A stretch of DNA of 63,568 nucleotides, filler included, from Sluysia triapertura (taxonomy: Eukaryota), in NCBI GenBank assembly GCA_046118255.1. It is 5 parts of 5 records of this genome, joined end to end, with 100 filler letters (N's around TTAATTAATTAA, not from the genome) between each part and the next. Parts side by side here need not be neighbours in the genome. Positions count along the whole stretch, not along the records: positions 39,364 to 52,273 come from JBJNIA010073054.1; positions 52,374 to 63,568 come from JBJNIA010187600.1; 3 more parts are not named here. One strand, written 5' to 3'. This document shows, piece by piece, positions 50,801-63,568 of this stretch (its first letter is position 1; each line of letters opens with the position of its first letter). The notes beneath the pieces are model-generated. The model was not told the DNA's origin, searched no databases, and was given only the letters and a program-made list of their open reading frames with translations. Made by a program: the position numbers and the translations under genes.

Positions 50801-52273
50801 TATGGACAACATTTGAGTTTAATTACAAAAGTGAAAGCAACAAGCATACATTATACATTTTTGAAAATATTATACTTTAGAAAGGTCGTTTAAAATAAGT
50901 TCGCAACAAAATCAAATAATTTTCAATAAATGAAACTATTCTTAAAAAAGTTATTCAAAATGATAAATCTTAAGCATTTCTTCAAAGCATTAATAAGCAT
51001 ACATAAAATTAAATTTGAAGTGACATCAGTTTCTCTTAGCAGAGACGTGTATTAAATAGTAAAAACAGAGAAAATTCCGATTATAATTATAATCAATTTG
51101 GAAAATATAAACGTATTTCAATTCATTAAATAATTTAAATATAAATAAAATAACCTTCGATACTTTTGAATTAATACCTTCATTAATCAATCCTTGAAAA
51201 TATTTTGTGTTACAAAGCATATATATTGTTATGGGAATGGTTGTATATATAAAAAAACGAATTTGCTCAAATCTTATACTTGCCATAACAGGTTAATGTT
51301 ATTATAATTTTATAGTATATTAACAAATTACATGTTAATAAAGAACAACCATAAAATTTAATTACTTTAATTAATAAAACTTTCAATTATCATATTTTTA
51401 TATGATATATAACGAAAAGATACATTTTATGAAGCTTTAACTTTGCCTATTTAAAACAAAATGAAAATTTTTTAAAATGTTAAAAAACAATGTGATTAAT
51501 AGATTATAATTTTCTAGAATAAAATTAGATTTTGGAATAAATGAAATTAATTTTTTGAAATTATAAAAAAGTAGTTAATCTTCATAGTGATTGTGATTCG
51601 TAAATTTTTACTTACGAATATAAACCGTAGAACTCAGTTTATTCCTAAAGAGATAAAACTAATAAATTATTAAAATATTAAAATTTAATAAATATAAAAA
51701 TCTATTAAAATATTAAAACATTTTAATTTTCATCATTCTCGTTTATAAGCTTTAAATATCTGTTAATATATTATTGTACGTGTAATGCTCACATAATAAC
51801 TATTAAACCGAAAAACCTTAAATACATCTTTATTTCATTGTAATTTTCATTTGTTTCCTTTGTTTTTGGTTTAACTTTTAACGTCGGTTCAACTGTTAAT
51901 TTTCTGTTTCGTAGATTATATTCTTCATTTGGTGCTATTTTACAGCTGTTAGAATTTTTTCTTATTCCTAACAAATTGTCTGTAGGGTCAGTTCGCTTAG
52001 TATATACGCTTTATACCAAACTTGGAGACGTATTACTAAGTTTTTAGTAATTAGAATTTTAACTTAAAAAACTATGTAAACTAATCTTACAAATTAGTTA
52101 TAATTTTAAATTTATTTTTCACGACTGAATAAAATTGATCGGTTTGATTTATATTTTATTTATATTTCACAACCCTTTTATTAAGGTGTTGTTAAGATAA
52201 AAGAAGATTACACAACTCCCTTAATGAGATGTTGTATGAAAAAGTTGATTTTATATTTACACAACCCTTTTAT

Positions 52274-52373
52274 NNNNNNNNNNNNNNNNNNNNNNNNNNN
52301 NNNNNNNNNNNNNNNNNTTAATTAATTAANNNNNNNNNNNNNNNNNNNNNNNNNNNNNNNNNNNNNNNNNNNN
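52274..52373. other. Artificial contig spacer (44 N + TTAATTAATTAA + 44 N)
   Basis: Same 100-nt spacer. Confidence 0.95.

Positions 52374-52448
<75 letters not shown>
52374..52448. repeat. Head-to-head (AAT)n/(ATT)n palindromic microsatellite
   Basis: About 10 AAT units switch directly into about 15 ATT units near 52404. Confidence 0.9.
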
Positions 52449-52450
<2 letters not shown>

Positions 52451-55273
52451 AGAATGTATGTCTAGAATCATCTAATCAACATATCATTAATCCAATTTTG
52501 AAGTACTCTAGTAAACAATGTAAGTAATTATATTGAAACATTTTACATTAACAATAGTACTATTTTTACCTAATAAACCATTTCTGCGTACTTGTTGACA
52601 TTAAATCATTTGTAGAATGTATATAAAACAATGTAATGATGATGATGATGATGAAGTTGAAGAATAAAAGAAAAGTATTATTTAAATCAGAAGTATACAT
52701 TCAAATATTTGGAATTGTAACCATCATGATTATGATTATCATTAGACTGGATAGATAGTCAAGAGCAAATTATGTATTGTTTTCATTATAAATTTTTTCT
52801 ATTGTTTTTCAATTTATTTTTGTAAATATTTTTGTTATTGTTACAAAAAAAATCATTTAATTTATTAAAATATTAATAAATTAAAACAGTAGATATATAA
52901 ACAAAGACAATGATTAAATATAACGTTTTCTTTTATATTGTTTGTTTTATGTTTCGGTTTTCATATGTAAAGTATCAGCAAAATTTATAATAATATGTAC
53001 AAATGATTAATTTTGATATTAAATTGTGATTTACATTTACAATGTCAATATAAAATTCAATAAAAAATATTACGAAAATAAAATGTAAATTTTTTCAAGT
53101 AATTATTGCTAAATTCTAACTTTATGTGATTTATGTATTTGTTGATCGTTTGGGTTCTTGACAACCCGTTCTTTGGTAAAGGTGAAAGGAAAGTAGTTAA
53201 ATATCTTTGGACAGAAAAAATTACTTCAATGCTTAGAATAACTAAGTAACACGGAAATATATTAAATAAATAAATAAATTATGTACAGTTTAAATTTATA
53301 AAAGGTTTTTAAGATTCAAATAAATCACACAAAATTTAAATAAATAGGTTGATTACGAAAATAATATGCAAAGTCACTAAATTACACTTACGATCCAAAT
53401 TAGAAAGTCCTTAATTTCCGCTGTATAGTTTCTGTAATAGAAACCGAATTGAAAATTTAATCAACTTAATAACTCGGAATAATACCCATGGACAAGCGTG
53501 TGTAACATCTTTCTCTTTAACATTATCATTTTTCTGTGTTTCTTTAGGTAACAAAATTATGTTTTCTTGCAATGATTTTGTTATGCGATTAGCTTTATTT
53601 ATATTACCATTTTTTGCCCCTTAATATTGTCTATTTTTCTATCTTTTGTAGCCAGTAAGCTTTAATATTAACGTCTCTATTTTTATAATAAAGTATTGTA
53701 TTTTCTTCTAAAATATATGTGGTAGGTTAAAAAAGAGTGCCTAACTTAAACTTAACTTACCAATAAATAATTTTAAATGTTATGAGTCCGCTTACAATTC
53801 TAAACTTATTCTAAAAGGCTAGTTCATAAGACTTTAAATTTGAAAAAGTTCAATTGATTTCATCAAATTAAGTTTTCCTTTTTTATTGTCTAATGTATAT
53901 GGTGCTAGTTACAATTTAAATTCAATTTCCGCTTCTATAGCGAGATTAATATATAGAAGATTTTGCTTTCGGTCTCCTTTAAACGAGACCTACTTAAAAT
54001 AGTGATTTTACAAATCGGTCTTAAAAACAGGAAAACAAAATTCAAAATAGTATTAATTTAGTATTAAAATAGTATTAATTAAACAGTATTATTAAAACTA
54101 TATAAATTATTTTGCTTTATTCTCGATCCATGAAAATTTATGAATTTATAACTTTAGTGGTTCAAAGGGTTCTAGTATTTTATAAATTAATTGGACAAAT
54201 AATTTTTTAGAACAAATTGCGAGTAATAAAATTTTTTTATTAATGATGAAATAATATTATGATAATCTTAAATAGCATTACGACAATCAAAAATTTATAC
54301 TAATGCAGTAATGTACAATAATAAGATAATCAAAAAATTTATACTAAGAATAATAACTATACTAACTATTGTCATAAGTTTATGAAATAAAACTTATTTT
54401 TAAAAATTACAGTGACGGTGTAAATACAATAATTTACTAGATTACTATTTAATAATAATAATCAAAGTACAGCAAATTTAGTTAAATTTTACAAAAACCG
54501 TATTAAAAGGTTTTATATAATTTTAAATTATACAAATTTTAAGAAAATATTTATACACGTAAATAATCGTTTAACTTACACCTTTAAAAATAACGACTAT
54601 AGTGAAAATCACATTTTTGTTTACATAATTGCTGCATGACGAAGTAGCTGTTTAAACTATTATTATTTAATTAAATTATTTTTAAATAAATCATATTTAA
54701 TAATTAGACCATAAAATAACAAATGTGAATTAAATAGATTAGACGATAAACAACTGTGTGAATTAGTAACTTTAAGCTACTACTTACATTAATTTAAAAG
54801 TTATGACCTTAAAATTCTTGATGCGTTAATTTTTTTGCGTTACTGACCTGATGATTATTAATATTATATTATCACTAGATTTATTATATTTGAATTAATT
54901 ATTCTTATTTTTTATTCTTATTTTTTTCTCCCAATTTCAAAAGAGTCGTTAATATTTAAGGTAAAAATATAAATTAATTTAAATTAAAAATATAAAATAA
55001 TACATTTTACAATAATATAATCAGTTACTACGTTTTTGGATATTTTTTTTCTATATTGTAATATTCCTTCTTTATCTTCACTCTAGTTAGTGTTTTCTAC
55101 GTATAGTTCTGGTTATAAAGTTTATTTTCGTTTCTCTGGAGATATCTGTATTCCATACATTTTCTTACTTTTGCTATTTTGTACTGCTTTTAATCTTTGA
55201 TTTGTTAATTCCGGGAGGATTTAACATTTAGTACTTTATATTTTTTTATTTGGTATTTCTGAATTGATTATAA

Positions 55274-55295
55274 CATTATTATTATTATCATTATT

Positions 55296-55333
<38 letters not shown>

Positions 55334-55355
55334 CATTATTATTATTATTATTATT
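55274..55355. repeat. (ATT/ATC)n compound microsatellite
   Basis: Read directly from the sequence. Confidence 0.9.
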
Positions 55356-58039
55356 TTATTGTCATGATTAACTCGAATAACTTGAAGCTAATGCGAGTAG
55401 AATATTAATTGTATGATTAAAATATAAGAGTTAAGTAAAATAATAAGATATTAACAAGTAAAATAAAAATATTTAATATTAAATTAAAATTAATTGATTG
55501 TAAATTAATATTAAATTGTAATTAAAATTCACATTTTATTGACATTTTAAAAATTATATAAAACGAAAATTGTTTATCAAAATATAAATATTTAAAATTT
55601 GAATATGTAAATATAAATATTTAAAACAGAAATGGATTATTTGTATAATTAACGGAAAACAGGCAATTATTTAAGTGTGTATGTGTTAGTTCAATTAATA
55701 TAAAATTTTAATGTTTAAAAATTAAACAAACTTTTAAAAATCATTTAGCATTTTGAATAAAAGTTTTTTAAAACAAATTTGTGAAAATAATTTTAAGAAA
55801 ATTGTTGAAGATAAACAAAGATACATTTAACAGAAAATAAATTCAATAACGAAAGAATTCATTATCTTAGGGTCGGAACTAAGATTACTATAATGTGGAA
55901 TCATGTTACCTTCATTAACATAAGTTTTTATAACTCTAGGTGGTATATTTTTGAAAGACCATTTTAAAAAGGTCTTTAAACTAAATTTTAAAAATATAAA
56001 AAATACAATTAAGGTATAGACAGCCTTAATATATAGTAAATTGACTATCAATTTATTGTAATCAGTTTCATTTTTGTAATATCGTAATAAAACATTAAAA
56101 AGTTCAATTTGTTATTAATCATTATTAACTTGGATAGTTTTAATAAAATTAAAATCTTTTAGAATAGAGTTTTTTGACAAAGGTATATATTGAAATATGT
56201 GTACCTTTAAAATACATTGTTGCTGTCCTATTTTAAATATGGACTTAAAATATTTAATAAATAAATCACTAATTGATAAGTAGATTAAGTAATAGAAAAA
56301 TTAATCAAACGACCTTGAAATCAAAATCCCATAGGCAAACTCTTTAGATTTTAAAATAAAATTTGTTAGGTACTACAACATTATTATTATTACGAATAGT
56401 ATTACTGGTAGTTTGTTAGAAGTGATTTTCAATAAGACACAATAATACCAAAAAATAATTTTTATATATTTCAAGAATTTTTATGACTTGACATGTTGAT
56501 GTTGATTGGTCAACACCAGATGCTTTCTGAGTTTTCTGTATCGACTTTATGAATGATTTCAATAGCCAGATTTGGGAGCATTGTGATGTTAATGGTTTTT
56601 TGTTTACTATTCAATGTCGATTGGAAAATTTCCATGATCATTATTGTGGTATTCTAGATCATTATGTATTGGAAAATTTCAATCAATATTTACAAGTTAT
56701 TTTAAGATCCCGAGTTACAGATTCAGTAACTACATTTGGTGATTAGTACCATGGAAATGCCTTCATGTTCCATGGCTGTGCAACCAAGGTATTAACAAGT
56801 TAGTATCGACATCAAAATGTTACTTACGCAGCCTTTTAAAGTAACTGCATTTATTGATCGGTACTCGTGCAAGTTCACTTATGCATGATTCATTAGCTGA
56901 AGTTAGAAACAAATACAAAATATGTAACGGCGCTCTCCAGAACAAAAAATGACGGTCTACCACCATGTATAATGAATATTCTTGTTGCTATTTCTTCGAC
57001 CGGAATGAGTAATGTCAGAAATTAAAAACAAAATAACTCTATTTAATTAATATTTTTTCAAAAAATAAATAATAAAATACCATGTGCACAAAAATTAACA
57101 CTTAATCACACAATAAAAGTTAAAAATTGATTAAAAATAAATGATATTCAAAGGATATTTATGTTATAGTTAACGATTTATTGACTTTACTTTGTTCTTA
57201 TTAATGCAGTTTAAGGGGGATTTTAGCTTTCAATAAGTCTGGCAAAGCAATGAAATATATGTAATTTAAAATCTATTCTTAAAAAGAATAAACCAATCTG
57301 ACTAATTGAAATTTTATATAAATATGAATATAATTAATTATAATATAAGAATGTACAAAGAATGGATGCAAAGCAACTCTTTAAAAAGTTTAGTCAAACT
57401 AAAATTGTGAATTAAGTGGGCAAAATAATCAGAATTTTTACTGATTCATAGCCAGTTAAATTTGAGTAAGTGTGTAAAAAGTTTTAAACTAATTTATTAT
57501 ACAACAAATTAAAAAATTATTACTTACTAAAGTTCTGTTAATGTGTTGGATTACTTATAGGTTAAGTTTATAAATTTATAAAGTGTATCACTTGGCTTTG
57601 ACTTAGCTCTTTCTACCTAAATTATTTTCTAACACTTGTATTAACTTTTGGAGGTTACTGTTCACTCGTCTCTGGTGTAAGAGATGGAAGTGCAATTTTG
57701 TTTGATTAACGTTAAAATTCAAACTCTTCTCATTAAAATCAAATAATATAAACTAAACTCACTAGAAGTTTATTTATCAAATGTAAGTAACAAATACAAA
57801 GTCTACAAAAATAGTTCTGGTAATATTCACAATATAAAATGTAGTTATATTTTGGGTGCTTATGAACTTCTTTTAAAATTAAGTTTAAATTTAACACTTT
57901 GATTATTTTAATTGTTATTCTGATAAATATTAATGCAATTTAAATTATAAAATGTCACTTATTTAAATACCTTTGACTGAATAGTAATTGTAGAACAAAT
58001 ACCTTTAACTTGAACAGTAATTGAATATCTTCGATGAAT

Positions 58040-58140
58040 AACCAAATCGATACTTGAAACCAAATTAAAACCAAATTCAAATAAAACCAAATCGAAATCA
58101 AGTCGATACCAAATTAAATACTTGAAACTAAATCGATACC
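58040..58140. repeat. Degenerate ~11-nt minisatellite (AACCAAATCGA-like)
   Basis: Recurring AACCAAATCGAT, AACCAAATTAA and AACTAAATCGAT units. Confidence 0.7.
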
Positions 58141-59922
58141 TTGTAAAATGTGTTGTTAAAACCCGTCTATTTATACTTAATTTCTTCCATTATAACGCCA
58201 TTTTTCAATTTTTGTAATACATTAATATATAGTGTAATTACCTTTTTAATATTATTTCATTTACACTATAGTTTGTTATTATTTTATAGTATATGTGTTA
58301 TTATTTTTCTCTCTTAATTTTAATTACTTACTTATTAGTTAATTACTTATTTTTATTCATTTATTGTTTATTATTATGTTACTACTTTTTGACTTAATTT
58401 TTAATTTATATAATATTTTTCTATTATATAATTTTTAATAATAATTTTATTGTTTTTAATGCAGTTTTTTGGTTTAATTAAATTTTGGATAATTTTGCCG
58501 ATATATTTTATTATTAATGAATAATCTTTACAAATGTTTACTTTACTTACATGTTAAATTTGATATAAACATTAAAAATTATTATTCATAATATTATTAT
58601 TATAATACTGCAATGCCAACCTGACATAAGAAAATGTGGAGAATTTACAACCATGAGAAGTAGTCTAGATCTAACGATATGGCAGCTGATTTGAGTGATA
58701 AATCAATGCGGCACTTCCAACAATAATTCCACTCGAATAATCCCAACTCGAATAAATACAAGCTGACACAACCAAAAGAAGATTCAAGATTCAAACAACG
58801 GGAAACAACCGAATAATTATTGAAAGCAAATCTGAATACTTCAACTTCAATCACTACCACTTGTATCAACATACTTAGCACAATCTCCAAACACACCGAA
58901 TCCGATGTATCTGAAGGTTAAAACTGATTCAACGATTACGAAAATCAGAACATCGAAATTATTACTTTAATAAATTCTAAAGTATCGAGAGGCGATTCCG
59001 ATTCTGATACTACCTTGATTAAGCATTGCAAATAATTTTTCTTTACTAGACATTATTTAAATTAGAAAAAGGAAAGTTAAGTTTATGGTTATAGAAATAA
59101 ATATAATGTTACAAAATGTTGTTTTAAAGAAATATGTTTATTGAAAAACACAAAGGGACTTATAACGTAAAGTGAATTAAGAACTTGTCGAATTTAATCA
59201 AAGTTAGTTCAATATTAAGATTTCTCTAATGTGTTAGATTCAAATTACTTTGTTTTAAATTTGTTATAATGATTTTGTTGTGTAATTTTTATGTTATTAG
59301 TACTATAATACAAAAAATAGAATAGAAATAGAATATATTTCCTTATATTGCAGTAAGCTAGTTTGCCATTAGCTCAGAAAAACCTAACGCCCTAAGAGTA
59401 ACTGCAAAAATAACAACAACAATAATAACACCTTTAAAGGTCATTAACTAAAACTTAAAACTTAAAAAAGACCTCTGAAATCTAAGTTGTTAATAAGTAC
59501 ATATGCGGTAATATATAGCACAGATATGCACAGTTAATCTTAGCATGTTAGCTTCAATCAAGCGAATTTTAACTGAATTAATTGAAGAAATCGGCAACAA
59601 GAAAAGACAAATGTTTTGCGATAAATAGAAAACATTAGTTTCTCGTTAATCACAAAGATTTAATTTGACACATATTGGTTTAACTAGAGATTTCTATCAA
59701 CAAAAACAATAAGTGACAATACAACACAGAAATGTTTATTAGAAAAGTGAAAAGTATGCCTGTTTTCGAATTTATATGTTTTAAAACGCGATTTAAAATC
59801 ATATTTAACTTTCATTTTATAATTTTTAAATAGTTTGTAAAATCGAAAATTAAAATTTCATTAATTATATTGTTAGAAATAAATATATTGCAATACATTT
59901 CTAAAAATAAAACTTATACATT

Positions 59923-60696
59923 TGTTAGGTTGTCATCGCAACCCTCTAAAATCATTGAAAATGCCATTAAATCATTTTAAAATCTTTAAAAACACTTTAA
60001 AAATATTTGATTTCCAAAAATAAAATTATTTTTCGAAAAAAGAAAATTCGCTCTAAAAACAGAATAAAAACTTCTAGAATGATAGAGAACATTCCATCGA
60101 TTCCTATTGGCTGATGACTAGTATATAAACTGGTGCATGTTTAGTGAAAACCGCCATTTTGTTCCTTATTCTATCATTTATTTTTGGGTTGCAATTAACA
60201 CTCAATATGGTGGCAATATTATTCGATCAGAACCCGCTTTCCATTCTATGTTTATCTTAAGTTATTTTTATTAAGGTGATACTCAACTTTACTCAACTTT
60301 ATTTTTAAAATTATAGTAAGTTTTCCTGATGTACTGAAGGACAAAATCCACTTAAATTTTATTTATAACAAAAGCAATGAAAGATTTAATTTTATTAGTT
60401 ATCTGTCTATTCTTTATATTATACATGAATTGTAAATTTTTAAATCTTTTTGTATTTTTTGAATAAACTTTCTGAGAGTTTATAAGTTTCATTATTTCAT
60501 TAGAATTAGAATTTTTAGACCCTAATTAAGGAGTATTGTTATTTTGATAACGTATTAGCTTATACAATTACCACATATGATCCTGCTCAAAAAATATTTT
60601 GCCGTAGGTTAAGTGTTAGAAAACCACAGCGCATTGGATTATGCATAGACATTGATATTGCAATAATATGATTATTAATATATTCCTATTATAACA
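59923..60696 (+). mobile_element. LTR-like repeat family A (most complete copy, TG...CA)
   Basis: TGTTAGGTTGTCATCGCAACCC ... ATTGGCTGATGACTAGTATATAAAC (~60106-60130) ... ATAACA. No clear target-site duplication. Confidence 0.7.
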
Positions 60697-61600
60697 ATGC
60701 AATTATTTGTTAAAATAAAAGTGTACCAAAACAACTGTTGTAATAATATCAATAATGTGTACACATAATATAGTGATGAGACATAATGCTGCCTGAAAAT
60801 TAAACTAAATAGCATAAAACAAATCGACCGAATAATAGAAACTAAATATTGGAAAAGATGATTGTTAAAGAGTTATTATAGAATGAAATTATCGACTAAT
60901 AAAATTAGTAGAAGCCAGTGATACATAAGATATTTTTTTGAATTTTAAAACTTCGTCTACAGTATAGGGTGATTTAATTTGAGATAACTTTGAACCAATT
61001 GTACGGTACAATAAATTTTTAATGAAATAATTTCATTTACAATAATTTAATATTGAATCAATTACTATGAGTGGCTTCCTTTGTAATTATAAATGCTATA
61101 ATCATTTTTTAAGTATTTTCTTTTTTATTGATAAATCTTAGAAAAACAATAGTTCATTTTTCTTAACGACACTAAAAGGATAGAGCGATGCACTTTCATT
61201 TCTTACATCAGAGACGAGTAAGACTCTTATTTCCTGATAATAATAATTAAATTCGTAGATGGGGCATTCCTGTAACTACACTTAAGCAAATCTTAATGCA
61301 AATTTAACGATAATAATTATTCTCCCTAATGTAAATTAGAAGGTCACTTAGTTTTTAATTTAATTTAATCAATCTAATCTTAGCTTATTATAGTTTTTAA
61401 TGCTTGAAACTTATCGGTGAATTTAATATTAATGAAAATAAGACATTTTACAAACTTAAGATAAAATTTATATTCTTAGGCAAAATTCAGAAGACAAATA
61501 CGTCAATCGTTTAAAATTAAAATTATAATTTATTTATAAACTATTTCCCTCAGTACACAGGGATTAAAAAATCTTTTTTGTTTTTGTTATTGTTTTGTAA

Positions 61601-61630
61601 TTTTAAAAGGGTTGTGCTGACAACCAAACA
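61601..61630 (-). mobile_element. Terminal stub of LTR-like family A
   Basis: TTTTAAAAGGGTTGTGCTGACAACCAAACA matches 2163-2192. Confidence 0.6.
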
Positions 61631-63568
61631 TATTTAAGTAATATTTAAAATTTAATTGTACTTGTTGACTCCACATTTTAAATAGTGGATTAAAATCTTA
61701 CATTATTATATTAAATTTCGAGTAGCATTCGTCACTACATTACATAAGTACTTTTGAAATAAATACAAAAATATTGCTGACTCCATTTCATTAAGAATAA
61801 GTATCTTTTAAATCCTACGCTTGGATCAGAGATGGACTCCATTATATGTTTCATTCTCTCCGCTTATGATAGGAATATTATTTAATAAATAGAAATCCGT
61901 CAATATCAAAAGACTATCCAATCAAACACAAAACGAAAGTTTTTGTAACACTCTTATAAGTCGATGTGAAGTTAGATCTGTGTTTTGATAAACCAATAAT
62001 TTAATTAGAAAACCAATTATATGTAAATATTGTAAACAATATAGCTAGAAATGTATTACTTTTCGAAATGTCTTTTCATAATCAGAATAATAGTCGTGGT
62101 ACTGAAGCACCAGGACTGTTGCTTCTGATTTGATTGTAAGTAAAATTCAAATATCTTTTTTATCGAAAAATAAAATCCAGATATTAATATTTCAGTATTT
62201 GTATAAATTTATGTAACTAAATCATTAATAAATAAAATTAACAAATAAAAAATAACAAAGATTTATTCTGAAAATTTATATAATAATAATTATTATTATT
62301 GTTATAACTATTTTCAGCAAAATTAAAAAATACATTTCATAAAAATATTTATTTTTCACACCTACAAACACAATAATAAATTATTTAAAATACTTTTTCA
62401 AAGTCATAATTTCTAGCATTAATCATTTGATTTAGAATAATATTACTAATAATAGAAATCTATAATTCAATAATAATAATAATAATGATAATAATAATAA
62501 CCTTAATGGCAAATCATTGTAATTAATATGGCTCCATTAATGTCAAAATTTTCTCAAATTATATTTCAATCAGTTTGTATTGTTAGTTTCAATTTATTAA
62601 TACTAATAAAGTTTAATAGGCACCAGTTATAATTTGACAATTGAAAACGTTTCTCTCTCAATCACCGAAAAAATGTATAAAAAATTCACATTATCATTGA
62701 TAATTACTTTAATTCTAACAATAATAGTATTATTATTAGTAATAATAATAATAATAATATTGATTAACATTTTGAATTTGTATTATAGATAAAAATACGT
62801 TGTGAGAGTATCATTACTCAAATGAGTAGTGATTGACAAATTAATAAAGCATTAATATGGCGACAATAATGAGTTAAAAGTGTGGTGGTCAATCATATAT
62901 GAAAAATACTATATTATTGGTACCAATTCATAAACACCAAAATTTGAATTGTAATATCCAAAACCGGAAAATCAAAGCTCTTTTCTTTATTTATTATAGT
63001 TACTCTAATTACATCCGGAATGTGTTTTCCAATATAACTATTGTTTTAACCTTATTTCGGTATGATTTTAATTTGTTTTAAAACCATAAGTTAGAGAACA
63101 ATTTAGTGATGTGCACTTATATGGTAGTTAATGGGAATATAATATGCGGATATCAATGTTAACATGATGTTGAATAGTGTTACTGTGGTTTCATGCACAG
63201 AAATAAAAAAAGCGGTTGAAGTATTGGTCAAAAACAATTGTTCCTGCATATTACAATAGTATCAATAATCATAATGACAATTTTTGATAAATAGCTCCGT
63301 AATTAATTAATGTTTTTATGAAATAATATAAAATGATTTATAGTTCTGAATAAGCTTCGAAATTATCCAATTTTATATTACTTGAATTGATATAATAAAT
63401 TCGTTACAGATTTTATGAAAATTATTTTAACAAATTAAAACAATTAATAAAAACAATGTAAAGCAAAAGAGGAATACAAAAATATATTGCTTAATTTAAT
63501 AATAGAATTTTCATAAGTATATTGATTGACATAATTTGATTATTTTGGGAACTAAAAATATAAAGTAT

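Noticed and set aside
52452-52519. Possible exon (ag|NVCLESSNQHIINPILKYSSKQ|gtaagt)
   Set aside because: No compatible neighbouring exon or family similarity; such splice words are common in AT-rich DNA.
60109-60152. CTGATGA...GAAA resembling a hammerhead ribozyme core in LTR family A
   Set aside because: GAAA is absent in the copies at ~1960 and ~11000, where CTGATG pairs with CATCAG instead. I found no stem II with the canonical closure and no stem I/III with a cleavage triplet.
62086-62135. Possible small exon bounded by cag and gtaagt
   Set aside because: Stops in all three plus frames; cannot be supported as coding.

Overview
Very AT-rich, repeat-laden animal genomic DNA. The innexin and M17 aminopeptidase look flatworm-like to me (from recall, not a search). 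The window is not one continuous locus: four identical 100-nt spacers (44 N + TTAATTAATTAA + 44 N) join five contigs of roughly 11-14 kb, and there is one ordinary 187-N gap. Apparently intact host genes: two exons of an innexin (minus strand, about 8.9-kb intron) and the last six exons of an M17 leucyl aminopeptidase (minus strand, catalytic motifs intact). Three intronless, decayed gene copies are readable: Rab32/38/29, mitochondrial malate dehydrogenase and FANCM helicase. Most of the rest is transposon debris: Ty3/Gypsy-type gag fragments, several LTR-like repeat families, a non-LTR RT fragment, a deleted pogo element and piggyBac-like MITEs. There are also two copies of a tRNA-like Pol III cassette that share their flanks. 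The best candidate for something new is 41.7-45.5 kb. There a Gypsy-type gag fragment lies just upstream of a chuvirus/gB-like (class III) envelope fragment, between two diverged direct repeats. Those repeats carry 7-8 copies of a hairpin with covarying stems (stem, bulged A, CC, GUAANN loop, GG, stem). All protein-family calls come from motif recognition by eye.
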